Positions 9,723-22,712 of a stretch of 32,122 nucleotides of DNA are shown here, in pieces. How positions within the stretch are numbered: position 1 is the stretch's first letter; each line of letters opens with the position of its first letter. The DNA is from Macrostomum lignano (Eukaryota), in NCBI GenBank assembly GCA_002269645.1, contig NIVC01003386.1:1-32122 (forward strand). Reading direction: 5' to 3'. Made by a program: the position numbers and the translations under genes. Below the pieces are notes generated by a model. That model saw only the letters and a program-made list of their open reading frames with translations, did not search any database and was not told the origin of the DNA.

Positions 9723-11356
9723 AGATCAAGATCATATACATATTACCCGTATCCAAGTGTCTAACAGGGCGTCACTTTACCCCTATCCAAGTGTCTAACA
9801 GGGCGTCACTCACTTTTCTATTATATTGAAATTTTATTGTGCTTATTAAAGCTTAGAGGGCATTACTCAGTTAAAAGTTCATTAATTTTTTTGCTATTAT
9901 TTAAATGTTTTTAAAAAGGCCAAGTAATATGTGCCTTACTGATTAAAGTTTAATATTTAATTTAAGTAAACCATATGCAAGTTTATTCAATTTAATATTG
10001 TATGTATTAAATTTTATATTGCCAACTGTTATTAACAACAATGTTATATTTGATTTAAAATACTTATAGCATTAAATTCTATGATCAACAAAAATTAGTG
10101 CAACAAAATTCTTAGTAGTTTTATTGATACTTACTATGTTAAGAATCAAGAGTAAAACAAGATTTAATATATTTGAATAGAACTGGTGGGGAAACTGTTT
10201 TTGTATTTCTAATTTTAAAAAGCCTTTAATCAAATTTATAGAAGTCGAAAAATATGCCTAAATATTAATTAATTATTTTTTCACTCAAAATGTTTTATTA
10301 ATTTTGACAATTTATTGCCAACAAAGTTCATTTTAATATTAAAAATGCACTTATAGATAGGGGAAGATCAGCATGAAATTAGCATTTTAAATTTTACTAG
10401 GCCTATTATGCTTAAAAGTAGCAATAAAACCTTGATTCTTAAAATCCCAAAGGTATACTTTTGGAAATTAGCATTCAAAGGGTTTTAAATTTTTGTATTT
10501 TTATGTATAGCCTACTGATTATAATATAAAAAAAATTGAATGTTTATATTAATTTTGCAGCTACCTAACCTATAAATAACTAATTATTGAAGATACATTT
10601 TAATGAAGTTGCTGAAGTTAATTAAATTTACTGAATAAAGTGACTACTCATGTATTATATTGTGCTTCTGAATTAATTTACTTATAAAATTCCCTTTAAT
10701 AAATATTCAGCTCCTTGATGCTAAACAGCAAATCTAGATTATAAAAAGCAATGTATTTTGCATGTCTTTAAAATTGTAACAAGAAATTTTTTAAAATATT
10801 CATGGAGAAAATTAGCAGCTCTGAATATCTGTTATTTTTTAATTAAATTGCACTTATTATAAATTGCCTTGATCTTGGTTTACTGAGGTCTTTATAAATA
10901 TATATTGCTGATATGTTAGATTACCCTTAGGTATAAAACTTCGCCTAGAAATATATTAGATTATATGTAAAGAATAAATCTTCAACTGTAAAAAAGTGGA
11001 AATGAAAGCCAAACCAAAAGAACGCGACGCCAGTTTAGTTTAGGATATCCAAGCCATTCCAAGGCACGTCCAAAGCAGTCACAAAATATTTAAAACATAT
11101 TAATCAAAGCTTCCATTTTCATATTTTACTTACCACGACTACACTTTTAAGAAATAAATCGAATATATTGCAAAAACAGTCTTACTCCATTCTTTTATTT
11201 TAGTTTTTAATCTAAAAATTTGTTTGTCTACGTGGTAAAAATGCGCGGTTATATAAGAAGTGATTCAACGTGCTACGTTACTTAGCATGCCCGGCGACCC
11301 TCATCTATTCGGCTTCGTAGTGCTGTCATTATTCACTTAATTTAGCGAAACACACA

Positions 11357-12008
11357 ATGAGTGAATCAATTGGAGATAGTCAGATTCAATCCGTCCCTTT
11401 TTCGGATTCTGCCGCTTTCAGTCATCCATCAGCAATGCTATCTGCGGACAGCACTAAGAATCAGCTTGCCTTCTCGGATTATCTATCTGCCTTTTCTGGC
11501 GTAGATTTTCATGGTCTAAACCTAGACCTTGACAACATCATACCATACATGCAGGCCAGTCAAAATTCACCCTCGGCAATGGCTCTAGCTGGCGCTGATC
11601 AAAATGGTCACGGACACGCTGGCATGTATGAGAACGTAAAACTCGAAGACCAAATGTACGCCGCTGGAAATGCTTCTCAGTACCAGAGCAACCGCAACAG
11701 TACGGGTGCCTATCCTGGCTCCGCTGACATGAACTACGCTTTTAACCCACTTAGTGGCAACACTCAGCAGTTCAGCCAGATGAACTGCAACTATCCGGGA
11801 ATGATTGCGCCTGCCAAGCCGGTGCAATATGGCGCGACGGATTTCGAATCGCTGCAGCAGAAGATTTCGCAGAAGAAGCAGACGCTGGACATTCTGCAGG
11901 GCGTGCTGCCGGATCCGCTGGCTAACCAGGAGAAGCGCTATATGACGATCACCGAGAGAATTCAGGTGCCCTCTTCTGATCACGTGGCCGAAATAGTTGG
12001 CAAAAATG
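11357..12008 (+). CDS. MEX3: MEX3-like KH-domain RNA-binding protein, exon 1
   Basis: Long low-complexity N-terminus, then TERIQVPSSDHVAEIVGKNG, matching MEX3 KH1 (VPSSEHVAEIVGRQG). Donor ATG|GTGAGT, phase 1. Confidence 0.85.
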
Positions 12009-12480
12009 GTGAGTGAAGTTCTTTTTCCAGTCTCTACTGCCTTATTTTTGCACCCATTTTTGCAATGAAAACAATTCCTTGAACGAGCTTTGAATCTGAT
12101 CTTTTTGAGGAGGCAGTTGGCAGTTTGAGTCTAGGCCTAATGCATTATTTAGCGATTGTCAAGTATAAATTTTCTATGTTTTCGTTGTCTAGGCTCATGA
12201 TGCAGCTACTATACATGTATAATATACAGTAAGTACAATAGAATCTTTATCGTGTTTTCTAAACTAGCAGTAATCTATACAAGGCGTGTTGCAAATTTAT
12301 TGATGATAATGAAATGAAAGCTCAATAGCTCTCGCCGACTCTAAGTAAAACCACAAGTGCCAGCTCAGCGAAATGCTCAAGTAAGCACTAGACATAGGCA
12401 GCACGCACACAGCACATACTGTGTACGCTCGTACATTATCGCAACCCTTTTTTATCCCCGCCTGTTCGTAAAACCTGCAG

Positions 12481-12590
12481 GTCAGCGGATCAAGCAGTTG
12501 CGCGAGCAGCTCAAGGTGTGGGTGAAGACGCCTTCGCGGGATGAGCCGCCCATCTTTGAGGTGACGGGCCTACCTGAGAAACTAGCAGAG
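12481..12590 (+). CDS. MEX3: MEX3-like protein, exon 2
   Basis: Acceptor CCTGCAG|GT. Reads QRIKQLREQLKVWVKTPSRDEPPIFEVTG (MEX3: [28 protein letters not shown]). Donor GAG|GTGAGT. Confidence 0.88.
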
Positions 12591-12966
12591 GTGAGTATAA
12601 AATCTTTTTAGTATGCCAAAAACTGATCGCGTTAATGTACACTTAAATTGTGTTTTAGGCCGCACTGCTAAAACGAGAGACCCCCAACATTGTTATTCTC
12701 CGTGCCCCGGTATGAAAAAAAAACATGCAGCTTCCAGTTGCGACCATTCTTACACTATTAGGAATTTGTTCACCAAATAAGATTTTGTAGACTTGATGTA
12801 TAGTTACATAAATAATAAAATATTTTACCAGTTTTGACAATCTGACTCACGTATATACCTTCCCATTTGACTGCATAACATCTCAGACTCTATGTAATGT
12901 TATTGATATGCTAAACTCTTATTCCAATGATTCACTGAACTCCACTCTCTTCACTCATAAATGCAG

Positions 12967-13874
12967 GCCAAGCGCATCATCCTGCAGATGAGCGAGCACT
13001 TCACCAAGGTGCAGCAGGAGCGACTCCACCGTGTGGAGCCCAACCGCATCGAGGATCGACTGTACGTCGAGCAGGACAAAGTGGGCCTCATCGTGGGCGC
13101 CTCCGGCCAGACCATTCGCTGGGTGCAGCAGCTGTCGGACACGCACATCGCCACGCCGCGCAAGCAGGAATCGATCCCCGGCCTACCGCCGCCTCAGACC
13201 TACTTCACCATCTGCGGCACGCCTGACAAGGTCAAGTTCGCCAAGCAGCTCATCTGCGAGTACGTGACGCTGCGCTGCCAGGGCCTCTGGCTCGACCCAG
13301 ACTTGGAGCCGTCTGCCGAGGCTTCCAAGCTGGTGCGCGACTTTCACCAACGGCGTCAGGTTGAGGACAACCAGCGCCGTACAGCGCAGGGCAGCCCGCC
13401 GGAAGCAACACGCCTGTGCTCGGCCGATCTGCCGCGGCCGCTGCCGGTCGCCCGTTGGTTGGCGCGGCTGACGGAGACCACAACCCGGCCAGCGTGAAAC
13501 AGCTGATCAGCGAGATGGACGACCTCTGGGGCTCGGCCGCCGCTCGTGCCAGCGCTCCAACCAGTTCCGCCGGCTCTTCCGGCCAGGAGTCGCCGCGTCG
13601 TTACATGCAGACTGGCGTCTGGAATCCAATGATGTACAGCGGCGGGCCCAGCTGCCTGGTCACCGGGGATCGACGCTTCTCGGCCGACGCGCAGCACGCC
13701 GGCTCGGCGGCCCCCGGCACGGTCGGTGCGGGCGCTGCCGCCAGCGCCATGACGAAGTCGCGCAGCGATGAGCAGGTGTCACCGCAGCCGCCCGTGCCGG
13801 TGCTGTCGCTGCCAGCGGCTTCCGACCCGGGCCAGGCTGGATGTGAGAATGTGGCTCCGAAACTCACCGGATGA
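12967..13874 (+). CDS. MEX3: MEX3-like protein, exon 3 (KH2 plus tail; -1 frameshift near 13365)
   Basis: Acceptor ATGCAG|GCC. Reads AKRIILQMSEHF, then KH2 VGLIVGASGQTIR...THIATP...FTICG. The original frame stops at 13497; GC3-rich coding continues in the -1 frame to TGA 13872-13874. Confidence 0.72.
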
Positions 13875-16800
13875 GTTTGTTTGAGGTCACCGGTATGCAT
13901 GCACTGAGCGCGTCTGCTCATATATTAATCTTTCTATTAATAGTTGTATATTAACAATGCCCGAAATGCGTTCCCCCTCCAAAGCGGAGAATTTACTCGA
14001 TGTTTTATTAAATGTCTGCAGCGACAGCGAATGTTGTATTTTATCGCACAGCCTGCCAGTTCTCAAACTTCTGTTTGCTATATTTTGCACTGACGCAAAG
14101 TTCATTGCTTCTCTATTTTCTATTTTCCTACTATAAGGTCGGCGCGCGTTTTTTTGAAATTTCTCTTTTTTTAATTACAAATCTATCATTTGCTATGAAA
14201 GTTTTTTATTAATATTTTGCTTTAAAGCGGAGATAGCCTATCAAATTCCTATATTATAGTCTATTTCTGCATATAAATCTATTTATCTATTGGTACAGTA
14301 TTTCAAGGCGCCTCACAAAGGTCTATTTGCTACTTGAAATGCTCGTATTTTCGTAGTACCTCGCCACTAAGTTAAATATCATTAGCAATTTTGCGTTTTA
14401 CGTTATACATATATATATATACTATGTCGAATATATATACTATATTATATACATATATTTTATCTCTGTATAGATGCAGTAGGACTGGATGCATTTGCGG
14501 GAATTAATCAATTGGCTAATCGATATTGCTCTCACAATTGTCACTGTTAATTCCAATGCAGTCTGACTGTAGGCGTTGCGCACTGTACATAATGATGTCC
14601 GAATTCATTTTTCAACTATTATGACTCTGCGTTTATAAATTAGCTGATCCAAGCTCGGTGACTGTCCGCTGCTCCCTTCGGATATTCTTGCTGCAAATCT
14701 GTTACAAATCAGCGAATTTTCTACCATAGTTATCTGCCTGCTAATGTATTGAAACCCCGCAAATTGGATCCTCGATTTACGTCAGTTTTAAACACTTTTT
14801 AGAAACAGTTTTTAGATGAAATTTTTTAAACAAATTTACCGGTTCTACCATCTGTCCGTGCTATCCATCAACTCTTTTCAGCAGCTTTAACAAGTGCCCC
14901 TCACCCCACATTTTCAATTCGCGGCTCTCAAATTCGTTCAATATTTTTAACTCCTATTTTTTACTCAGCTTGTCGCAATGGATGGCCACTGCTTGGTTTA
15001 TTTTTTGCTAGAGACTTAAACGCGAACTTCAATGACGCTGCCACTGCCGATCTTTTTGTACTTCGGTCAGATTTTCTAACCGCTGCCTGCGTTTATTCAC
15101 CGATAGCTTTTTTCTAAAAAAACCCTAAACAAAAGCAACTATAAATCAGAGCAGTTTTCCTTTCCGTTTGTCAATTAGGCAGGCATTTAGCTGTGCGAAT
15201 TTGCAATTTTGTCCGAACGGCCTGGCATCCGCATTCTCTATTTTTCTAACTGACGCTTCTCAATCGCAGCTCTCCTAATAGTTGGTTTTCCCATTGAATC
15301 TATTTTAATCCTAATTTTATTAGTCAACAATTTTCATCGACAAAGATGTTTGCACTGTGCGCTCCTAGCTGAAGACGGGACTGTCCGCTTTAACTGACAA
15401 TTTTTAACGAGATTTTGTGCGTACTTTTATATCTAGATAGCTTTTCACGTCGAGAGATCCAGCATATAGTTTAGGTATTTTTCTATTGCTTTATATGGCT
15501 GCAAATCCAAGCACAACAACTGCAGTGCATTTTACTCAGCTGATGGCACTAAAATAATTTAATTCGAGTACCCGCAAATCGCCCCCCCTCAGAAATTCGC
15601 TGTTTGAGATATGCCCTCCCATTTTATATAGTTTGATCGAATCTAGCCGCTATGATAAATTATTTTAATCCACTGTTCCAGCTACGTGTCGACAATTTTT
15701 GCTAACATAGGCAATATCTTTGAATATCTTTGTGCGGGTGTGATCATCGAGTTTTTGTGTCTGCATCGCTGTTCGATATTTGCACTTTCGCCTTCAAAAC
15801 CAATGCTATCGTTTTTTTTCAAATTTAACAACACCTGTTGCGATCGTTTGAAAATGGTGCCCTCACCTGCTCCGTGTACATTTTTACTGCTGGATTGATG
15901 CTGCTATGGACTCTATATTATATTTCATTTATTCATACTTCATATAGCAAATTGCTCTGACCAGAAGTTCTAATCCGCGATAACAATTCTGCATCCCCCC
16001 CCTCTGCGTGACAATAGATTTATAAATATCCGCCCTATATCATATCTCCCACTATGCTTGGAGTAAATCTGTGCGTCTGAGAACACTCGTCTGCTATATT
16101 TTCTAAACACTGCTCACTCAGGTGCAAAGCTAGAGGTTCCTAAATGTGGAGGAGACCGAGCCGAGACATGGAAACATTGAATTATTGAATCCGAATTATG
16201 AATTAGTGAGCTGTGCAGCACCTCCTGTGAGGTCATGACTCGGCAAGGTCTCCCACATTTTGGAAGCGGTCTTGTGATTCGCTAGCGACGTGTGTTTCCG
16301 ACACCGGCTGATGAGTATTGAGAATTCCGAATCAGAACTTTGTCATATCATCATTCAAGGCTATTTTTGCACTTGTTATCAAGAGATTTACCATTCATTT
16401 GGAAAAGTCAAAGCCCCAGAATTTTTCCGCGGACAACCTCAAATACTGATTTTTGTATTAAGTTAAACACCCGAGCACGCTAATTGGTGTTGTGTTTTGC
16501 TCTATTCATTCTCCGTCTTCTTGCACAGCTTGTGTAATTTCTCTTAAATTAATCGCGCAATTTTTCCAATTCATTTAGTTCGATTTTTGTCATCATTTTT
16601 TAACGATAATTTAACTTGCTCCCCGTCTCTTCGCAGACTTCGCTCCCCTCTCTCGGCCGTGCTAAATACATATTAATATACTTAATCGAGTCCCGAGCCA
16701 AGACAAAACTAAATTCTTACAATTTCCTGTCTGTTCATGTTTGGAGCTAAAGACCTGCATTAATCGTGGATAGCTAAGCTATTCGGTCTTTGTTTAGCGA

Positions 16801-18309
16801 GAGAAGGATTTTCACATAGCTAGCTGCTGCCTCAGTGTGTTTCAGATGAGTCATGCTGGATGGCGCTTTGTTGACTAATGCGACCTATTCAGGAAATTCA
16901 GGAAAATGGAAAGGAAGATCAGCCAGAAATTTTTGTATGTATCCGACTGAAGCTTATTTAAGTCGGCTGCTAGGCCCCAAGCATTGACTATTGACTTCAT
17001 GCTGTATTGATTTGCTCCTCATTGTTTATTTGATATTGATTGAAAAATTCACATTTTAAGCGCTATTGCAAGGATAGTAAGGAGACTGTTACAGGCAATT
17101 CTTTCAGACTGTACGCCGTTGAGTCATCTTGCGCTCCAGGGTTGCGCTCTGAGCTCAGACTCCCCTGGGGGCAGGGAGGGTTGGTGGGTGGACCGCACGC
17201 ACGCCCCATCCTTGCTCAGCTATTATAGGACTTGGAAAAGAGAGCTCTGGGCAGGCTGTGGCAACCCCCCCCCCGGCATGCTAAGTGTGCGCGCGAGTTC
17301 AGCCCAGGCTTGAGAGGAAAGCGAGTGAGTGAGTGACTCATGCGAGGAAAAAGAAAGAGGAGTGGAGCGCTGAGCACGGGACCGACAATGCGCGTCTGGC
17401 CTTGTCTAGCATGTCACATGACTCAGCCAAGCCTCTCTAAAGCCAGTGGATATCATGGACGGTATTCCATTTGAACCCAAATATAAAATTCATGGCTAAC
17501 ACTGTGTCTAATAGTGTTTCTTTTGGACTGGCAATGCACACGCATACTTCCCTCCGCAAGTGAAGCACGTGAGAGACCTCCACCCACGTGATTGGGTCTA
17601 GTTCCAGGCGCCGTCAGTTGTATTACTGGTATTGTACCATAGACATTTGGGCCGGAATTGGGTGTGGGTCGAAGCTCCAACTTATGACCATAGACTATTC
17701 AACTATTGAATAAACCAAACTAGCCAAGATGGTCGCCGATTTGCAAAATGCTATTTGCAAAAAGGTCACGGAGCAATATAATATAAGGTATCATTTATTT
17801 GGCATTGCAACAACTGAAAGCCTAATCATTTTTTCTGGTCATTGTCAGATCACCATGGTGACTGCAAGGGAATCAACAAAAAATGTCACATTTTCGTCAC
17901 TTTTTGTTCAGATTTTACCAATGGTCCGGCGCAGACTCCATGCTGAATCTACCAATCTAAATCCAAGGACTACTTAACAACGTGTTGTCTAAATCTCCGG
18001 AATCTCCCGGTGCATTTATCCCACCATCTGTGGCGGGGGGGCTATTTAGCGATCCGATTTTATCATGCGCACGACGAACGTTGGGAATTTCCCCTCCTGC
18101 TCCTAGTGCTGGGCTGGGATCAAAGAAGGCAAGCCGCCGGCTCATAAACTTTTTACTGGACCCACTGTCCCGAAACCCGAGTGCAGTCAAGCTCAGTACT
18201 ATCCAAGAGTTATATTTTGGTTGCATCAGGGAATGTCCAGCTTGTTTTTTTAGAAATTTAAACTTTTAGGCTAGCTAGGATAGCGCCAGAACTTTTAGAT
18301 AGAGAGCGA

Positions 18310-19330
18310 CAGCAGCTGACACATGGCGACGGCATCTGACACAGGGGTTGGCAGTATCTGACATAGTTTGACAGCATCTGACACAGGGGTTGGCAGTACC
18401 TGACAGTTTGACAGCATCTGACACATGACGACAGCATCTGACACAGGGGTTGGCAGTATCTGACATAGTTTGACAGCATCTGACACATGACGACAGCATC
18501 TGACACAGGGGTTGGCAGTATCTGACATAGTTTGACAGCATCTGACACAGGGGTTGGCAGTACCTGACATAGTTTGACAGCATCTGACACATGACGACAG
18601 CATCTGACACAGGGGTTGGCAGTATCTGACATAGTTTGACAGCATCTGACACATGACGACAGCATCTGACACAGGGGTTGGCAGTATCTGACATAGCTTG
18701 ACAGCATCTGACACATGGCGACGGCATCTGACACAGGGGTTGGCAGTATCTGACATAGTTTGACAGCATCTGACACAGGGGTTGGCAGTATCTGACATAG
18801 TTTGACAGCATCTGACACATGACGACAGCATCTGACACAGGGGTTGGCAGTATCTGACATAGTTTGACAGCATCTGACACAGGGGTTGGCAGTACCTGAC
18901 ATAGTTTGACAGCATCTGACACATGACGACAGCATCTGACACAGGGGTTGGCAGTATCTGACATAGTTTGACAGCATCTGACACATGACGACAGCATCTG
19001 ACACAGGGGTTGGCAGTATCTGACATAGTTTGACAGCATCTGACACAGGGGTTGGCAGTATCTGACATAGTTTGACAGCATCTGACACAGGGGTTGGCAG
19101 TACCTGACATAGTTTGACAGCATCTGACACATGACGACAGCATCTGACACAGGGGTTGGCAGTATCTGACATAGCTTGACAGCATCTGACACAGGGGTTG
19201 GCAGTATCTGACATAGTTTGACAGCATCTGACACAGGGGTTGGCACTTGGCAGTGTCTACTTGACATAGTTTGACAGCATCTGACACAGGGGTTGGCAGT
19301 ATCTGATATAGCTTCACAGAATCTGACACA
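18310..19330. repeat. Composite satellite of 42-bp and 20-bp subunits
   Basis: A = TGACAGCATCTGACACAGGGGTTGGCAGTATCTGACATAGTT, interspersed with B = GACAGCATCTGACACATGAC. Produces Cys-rich pseudo-ORFs in all three minus frames. Confidence 0.95.
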
Positions 19331-22300
19331 GAAAGAGCCAGGATCCAATCCTGATTTTCACAATTTTGGTGAGAAACCTGTGACTGAGCTCAGCTGACTC
19401 ATTCTGAATCGCATGGATATTAGGAGTCAGGAGACACCAGCATGTCCTAATCGTGCTAGTACATACAAAAAGTTCTAGTCAGCAAAAATCGCTCCAGATG
19501 TGCTTGGTAAATTTGGTTTGTTTTCCTCTACAACGCACTGTGAGTATGCTTACGCAAAGCTCAACAATTTTGAGATAACAAGCAACTGAACTCATGCATG
19601 CCAGTCATGTAGCTGCGGTTCCATAGTTTACTGAAATTGCGAAATTCGCATTGAAAAAAATAGTCATTCCCTGACATAAATTTAATTCCACAGTCCCCAC
19701 CCGCGCACTCTGATCTCTCTTTCTCTCTCTCTCGATTCAACTCGATCCTTCGGTCAGTTGAGTGATTCGGCGAGCTCAGCTAAACCGAACGCATCGAGCC
19801 GCCATGCACACAGCCTACAGTGCTTGGTTATCTTTCGGTAGAGCGGTACGTGGTGCAGCCTGTGTATCAGTGTGTGTGTGTGTAGTACATGTGCCTGTGC
19901 GCAGCGATAGCAGCAGTGTAGCTCATTTCCGTGTCTGCGGCTCTGTTATTAAGGCAGGAACAGGCACCGAGGCAACGCATGCCATGCGGACCAGCTAATG
20001 CACAATTGCTACACTAATAATTATATTTCGCGCATGCGACAGATAGACAGACAGCAAAGCAGCAAGTCTTTGAATTGGCTGCGAAAAGTGCTAAATGTGG
20101 AAGTTCAGGCGATTTGAATGGCTGCACTTATGTATATCAGCTCGTTTACCCTTAACGCGAAACATATTTATAAATGCGCTCTTCCTTCTCCTGAGAGATT
20201 CATTCTTGGCGGCTCCACCAGTGCGTTCTGCATCGAAAAGCCATAAATAAGGCAGAGAAAATTCTGATTAATTCGAATCGAACCAACCCCAGCAGGACTG
20301 AGAGTTTTCCGCCTTATCGGTAGGGCAGTCATGCCGAACAAAGTATAGCATAGTAAAGCATATATGAATTACTAATGGAGATGTCGTGTGATGCTATTTT
20401 TAGAACGTGACGCAGCCTTCATTTTAGTCATTCGTAATCGTATAAGCAATATCAGTTCGGCCCACCCGTGTCCCTCTAGGATTTTGGCAGACGACGGATG
20501 TTACAGTTCAGTTTTCATCATGTCAATCAACCATACTAAGCGACTTCCTTTGTCCTACGAAGATCGTAAGATCATTTGATGGATGGCTGATTGATCTGCT
20601 ATGTATGAATCAGTTTCTTTCAGAATTCCTATCACTGTAATCACCATGACTTTTCTCAGGGCTTCCTGGTACGTCCGCATGGGAGATGAGCTGAGACTCG
20701 ACAGGTTGGGAATTTCATAAAACCTTCATTTCACATCGCCAAAACTTCAAATAGCCTAATTGCTTAAATTATTAGATATCAGTCCTTACTTCTGCACAAT
20801 TTGTCTCAGGGTTTGTCTCAGTGGTTTGTACATGCGATTTCATGATGTTAACGTTTTTAGGCATTTAGGCGATGTGAACTTCAGTTCCAACGAGTGCGAC
20901 AGCTGGCTGGGTCGTCTAAAGTTTCGGCGACTTGAAAATTTAGATCTTGTGATATGTGAAAGCGCCCCGACTCCGAGGTGGCTTGTAGACTTGTAGTGGC
21001 ATGGAAAAAATGGTTAGAAAGAACAGATCGTGACTCATCGGCTCTGGTCCTGCATTGGGCGCAACAGAAAATTTGAGGCAAAAAGGGGGCGAGTGCATGT
21101 AACAAAGAGTGGTAAGGTGTGGTGACAAGACTTTACAAGACTTTCAATCCCACCGCCTTTACCACCGTTCGTGTGGGCCGAGTTATATGTGAGCAAGAGA
21201 AGCAATAAAATGGCAAAATGTTGGCTTCATCACAAAAAACCCGGGGGCACAAGGAGGATGCAAAGTTCCAATAATTGGGCCCCGACGTTGCGTCAGCTGA
21301 AAATTTCTTTACGAAAGCAGCCAGATTTCTTCAACTATATAAAATGCGAGCTTCATTTCTGTAATTTCATTCCTTTACTTTCCTACAGAAAAGTAAAGCT
21401 GCAGAGACTACAGGATTGGTGGAGGTTGGAACTTGGAAGGTTGGAACTTGCCAGTTCCCCCCTCCACGACTGGCTTTCCATTAGAAGCAATTTGCAGCCT
21501 CCGCGGTGGGGAGGCTGGTCAAGGCGGGACCCGATTTTCAGACTCCGCCAGCCCAGTTTGCGCCCCCCCCCCTACGACTGCCTATGGTTTCTGTTCGAGG
21601 AAGCATTGTTGCTACACCGGCCTGCCCCACTGCCTGCACCTGTGCTGCAGCGAGCGCAATTGCTGCATGCGCAGGTTAATGGCTAACTTCAGATTTTTTA
21701 CCTTCCTTTTACTCCGCCCGAATATTGACGGTCTCTTCTTTTTTCATGTCTTCCTCAATATTCCTTAATTACTAGCGAGATCTCTTATCGAAGGGAATAA
21801 ATATCCCAGAGTATGCTGTATTAGAAGTCAGTTTACATACATATAAGTTAGGCCATTCGAGAAACGTTAAGGCCAACTGCCCAGACAGAGCCCAAGCTGT
21901 CGGGACTCCAAAGCTTTGTGCGGATTCGGACCTTCGCAAGACGTGGAGCGCAATTAGTCAGCAGTTCGGACAAAGACTCTCCCAATTTCTGTTTGTATAC
22001 CGCCCCCTGTTTTCCCATTTATAGGAAGAAAATTCTGTTAGAATTTTAGCTAGCCCCGAACTGGGACACAAGAGTCACGTGTTTGTTCAGGCGGAAGGAA
22101 CGCTGCGGAGGGTTGGGCGGGCGCCTACAGGCTTTGTTTCAAATAAGATCTCTAAGTCAAGGACAACTCGAGCTAGAAATCGGGATAGGAAGGAAGCATG
22201 GTTGGTGATGCCCCAGTTACGCGGAAGAGAAAAAACGTGTTAACAGAAAATTTTGCACATACAAAGTATATTTATCATGTGTGATAGCGTTCTTAATTTT

Positions 22301-22347
22301 TTTCCATCTCTTGTCCTCGGGCTTTCACTACTCATCATCCCAATTCC

Positions 22348-22712
22348 CTTCATCTCAGCTTCCTTCATCTCAGCTCCCTTCATCTCAGCTCCCTTCATCT
22401 CAGCTCCCTTCATCTCAGCTCCCTTCATCTCAGCTCCCTTCATCTCAGCTCCCTTCATCTCAGCTCCCTTCATCTCAGCTCCCTTCATCTCAGCTCCCTT
22501 CATCTCAGCTCCCTTCATCTCAGCTCCCTTCATCTCAGCTCCCTTCATCTCAGCTCCCTTCATCTCAGCTCCCTTCATCTCAGCTCCCTTCATCTCAGCT
22601 CCCTTCATCTCAGCTCCCTTCATCTCAGCTCCCTTCATCTCACCTCATTCATCTCACCTCCCTTCACCTCACTTCCATTTATCTCACCTCACTTCCCTTC
22701 ATCTCACCTTCC
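22348..22712. repeat. 15-bp pyrimidine-rich minisatellite, about 20 copies plus degenerate tail
   Basis: Unit TCATCTCAGCTCCCT. Confidence 0.95.

Noticed and set aside
13875-14400. MEX-3 recognition elements in the MEX3 3'UTR (e.g. GGAG-AA-TTTA at 13986)
   Set aside because: The motif is too degenerate and expected by chance in AT-rich sequence.
14470-16150. Possible decayed retroelement coding sequence on the minus strand
   Set aside because: Manual translation gave stops at roughly random frequency and no RT, integrase or transposase motif.
18258-19348. 300+ aa Cys-rich ORFs
   Set aside because: Present in all three frames because the satellite lacks stops; no unique coding flanks.
21171-21768. 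Overlapping 171-aa and 111-aa ORFs
   Set aside because: No recognisable domain, codon usage unlike the real exons, and no linked exons found.
21770-22160. Possible MITE bounded by GAGATCTCTTAT / ATAAGATCTC
   Set aside because: The inverted match is short and gapped, with no target-site duplication.
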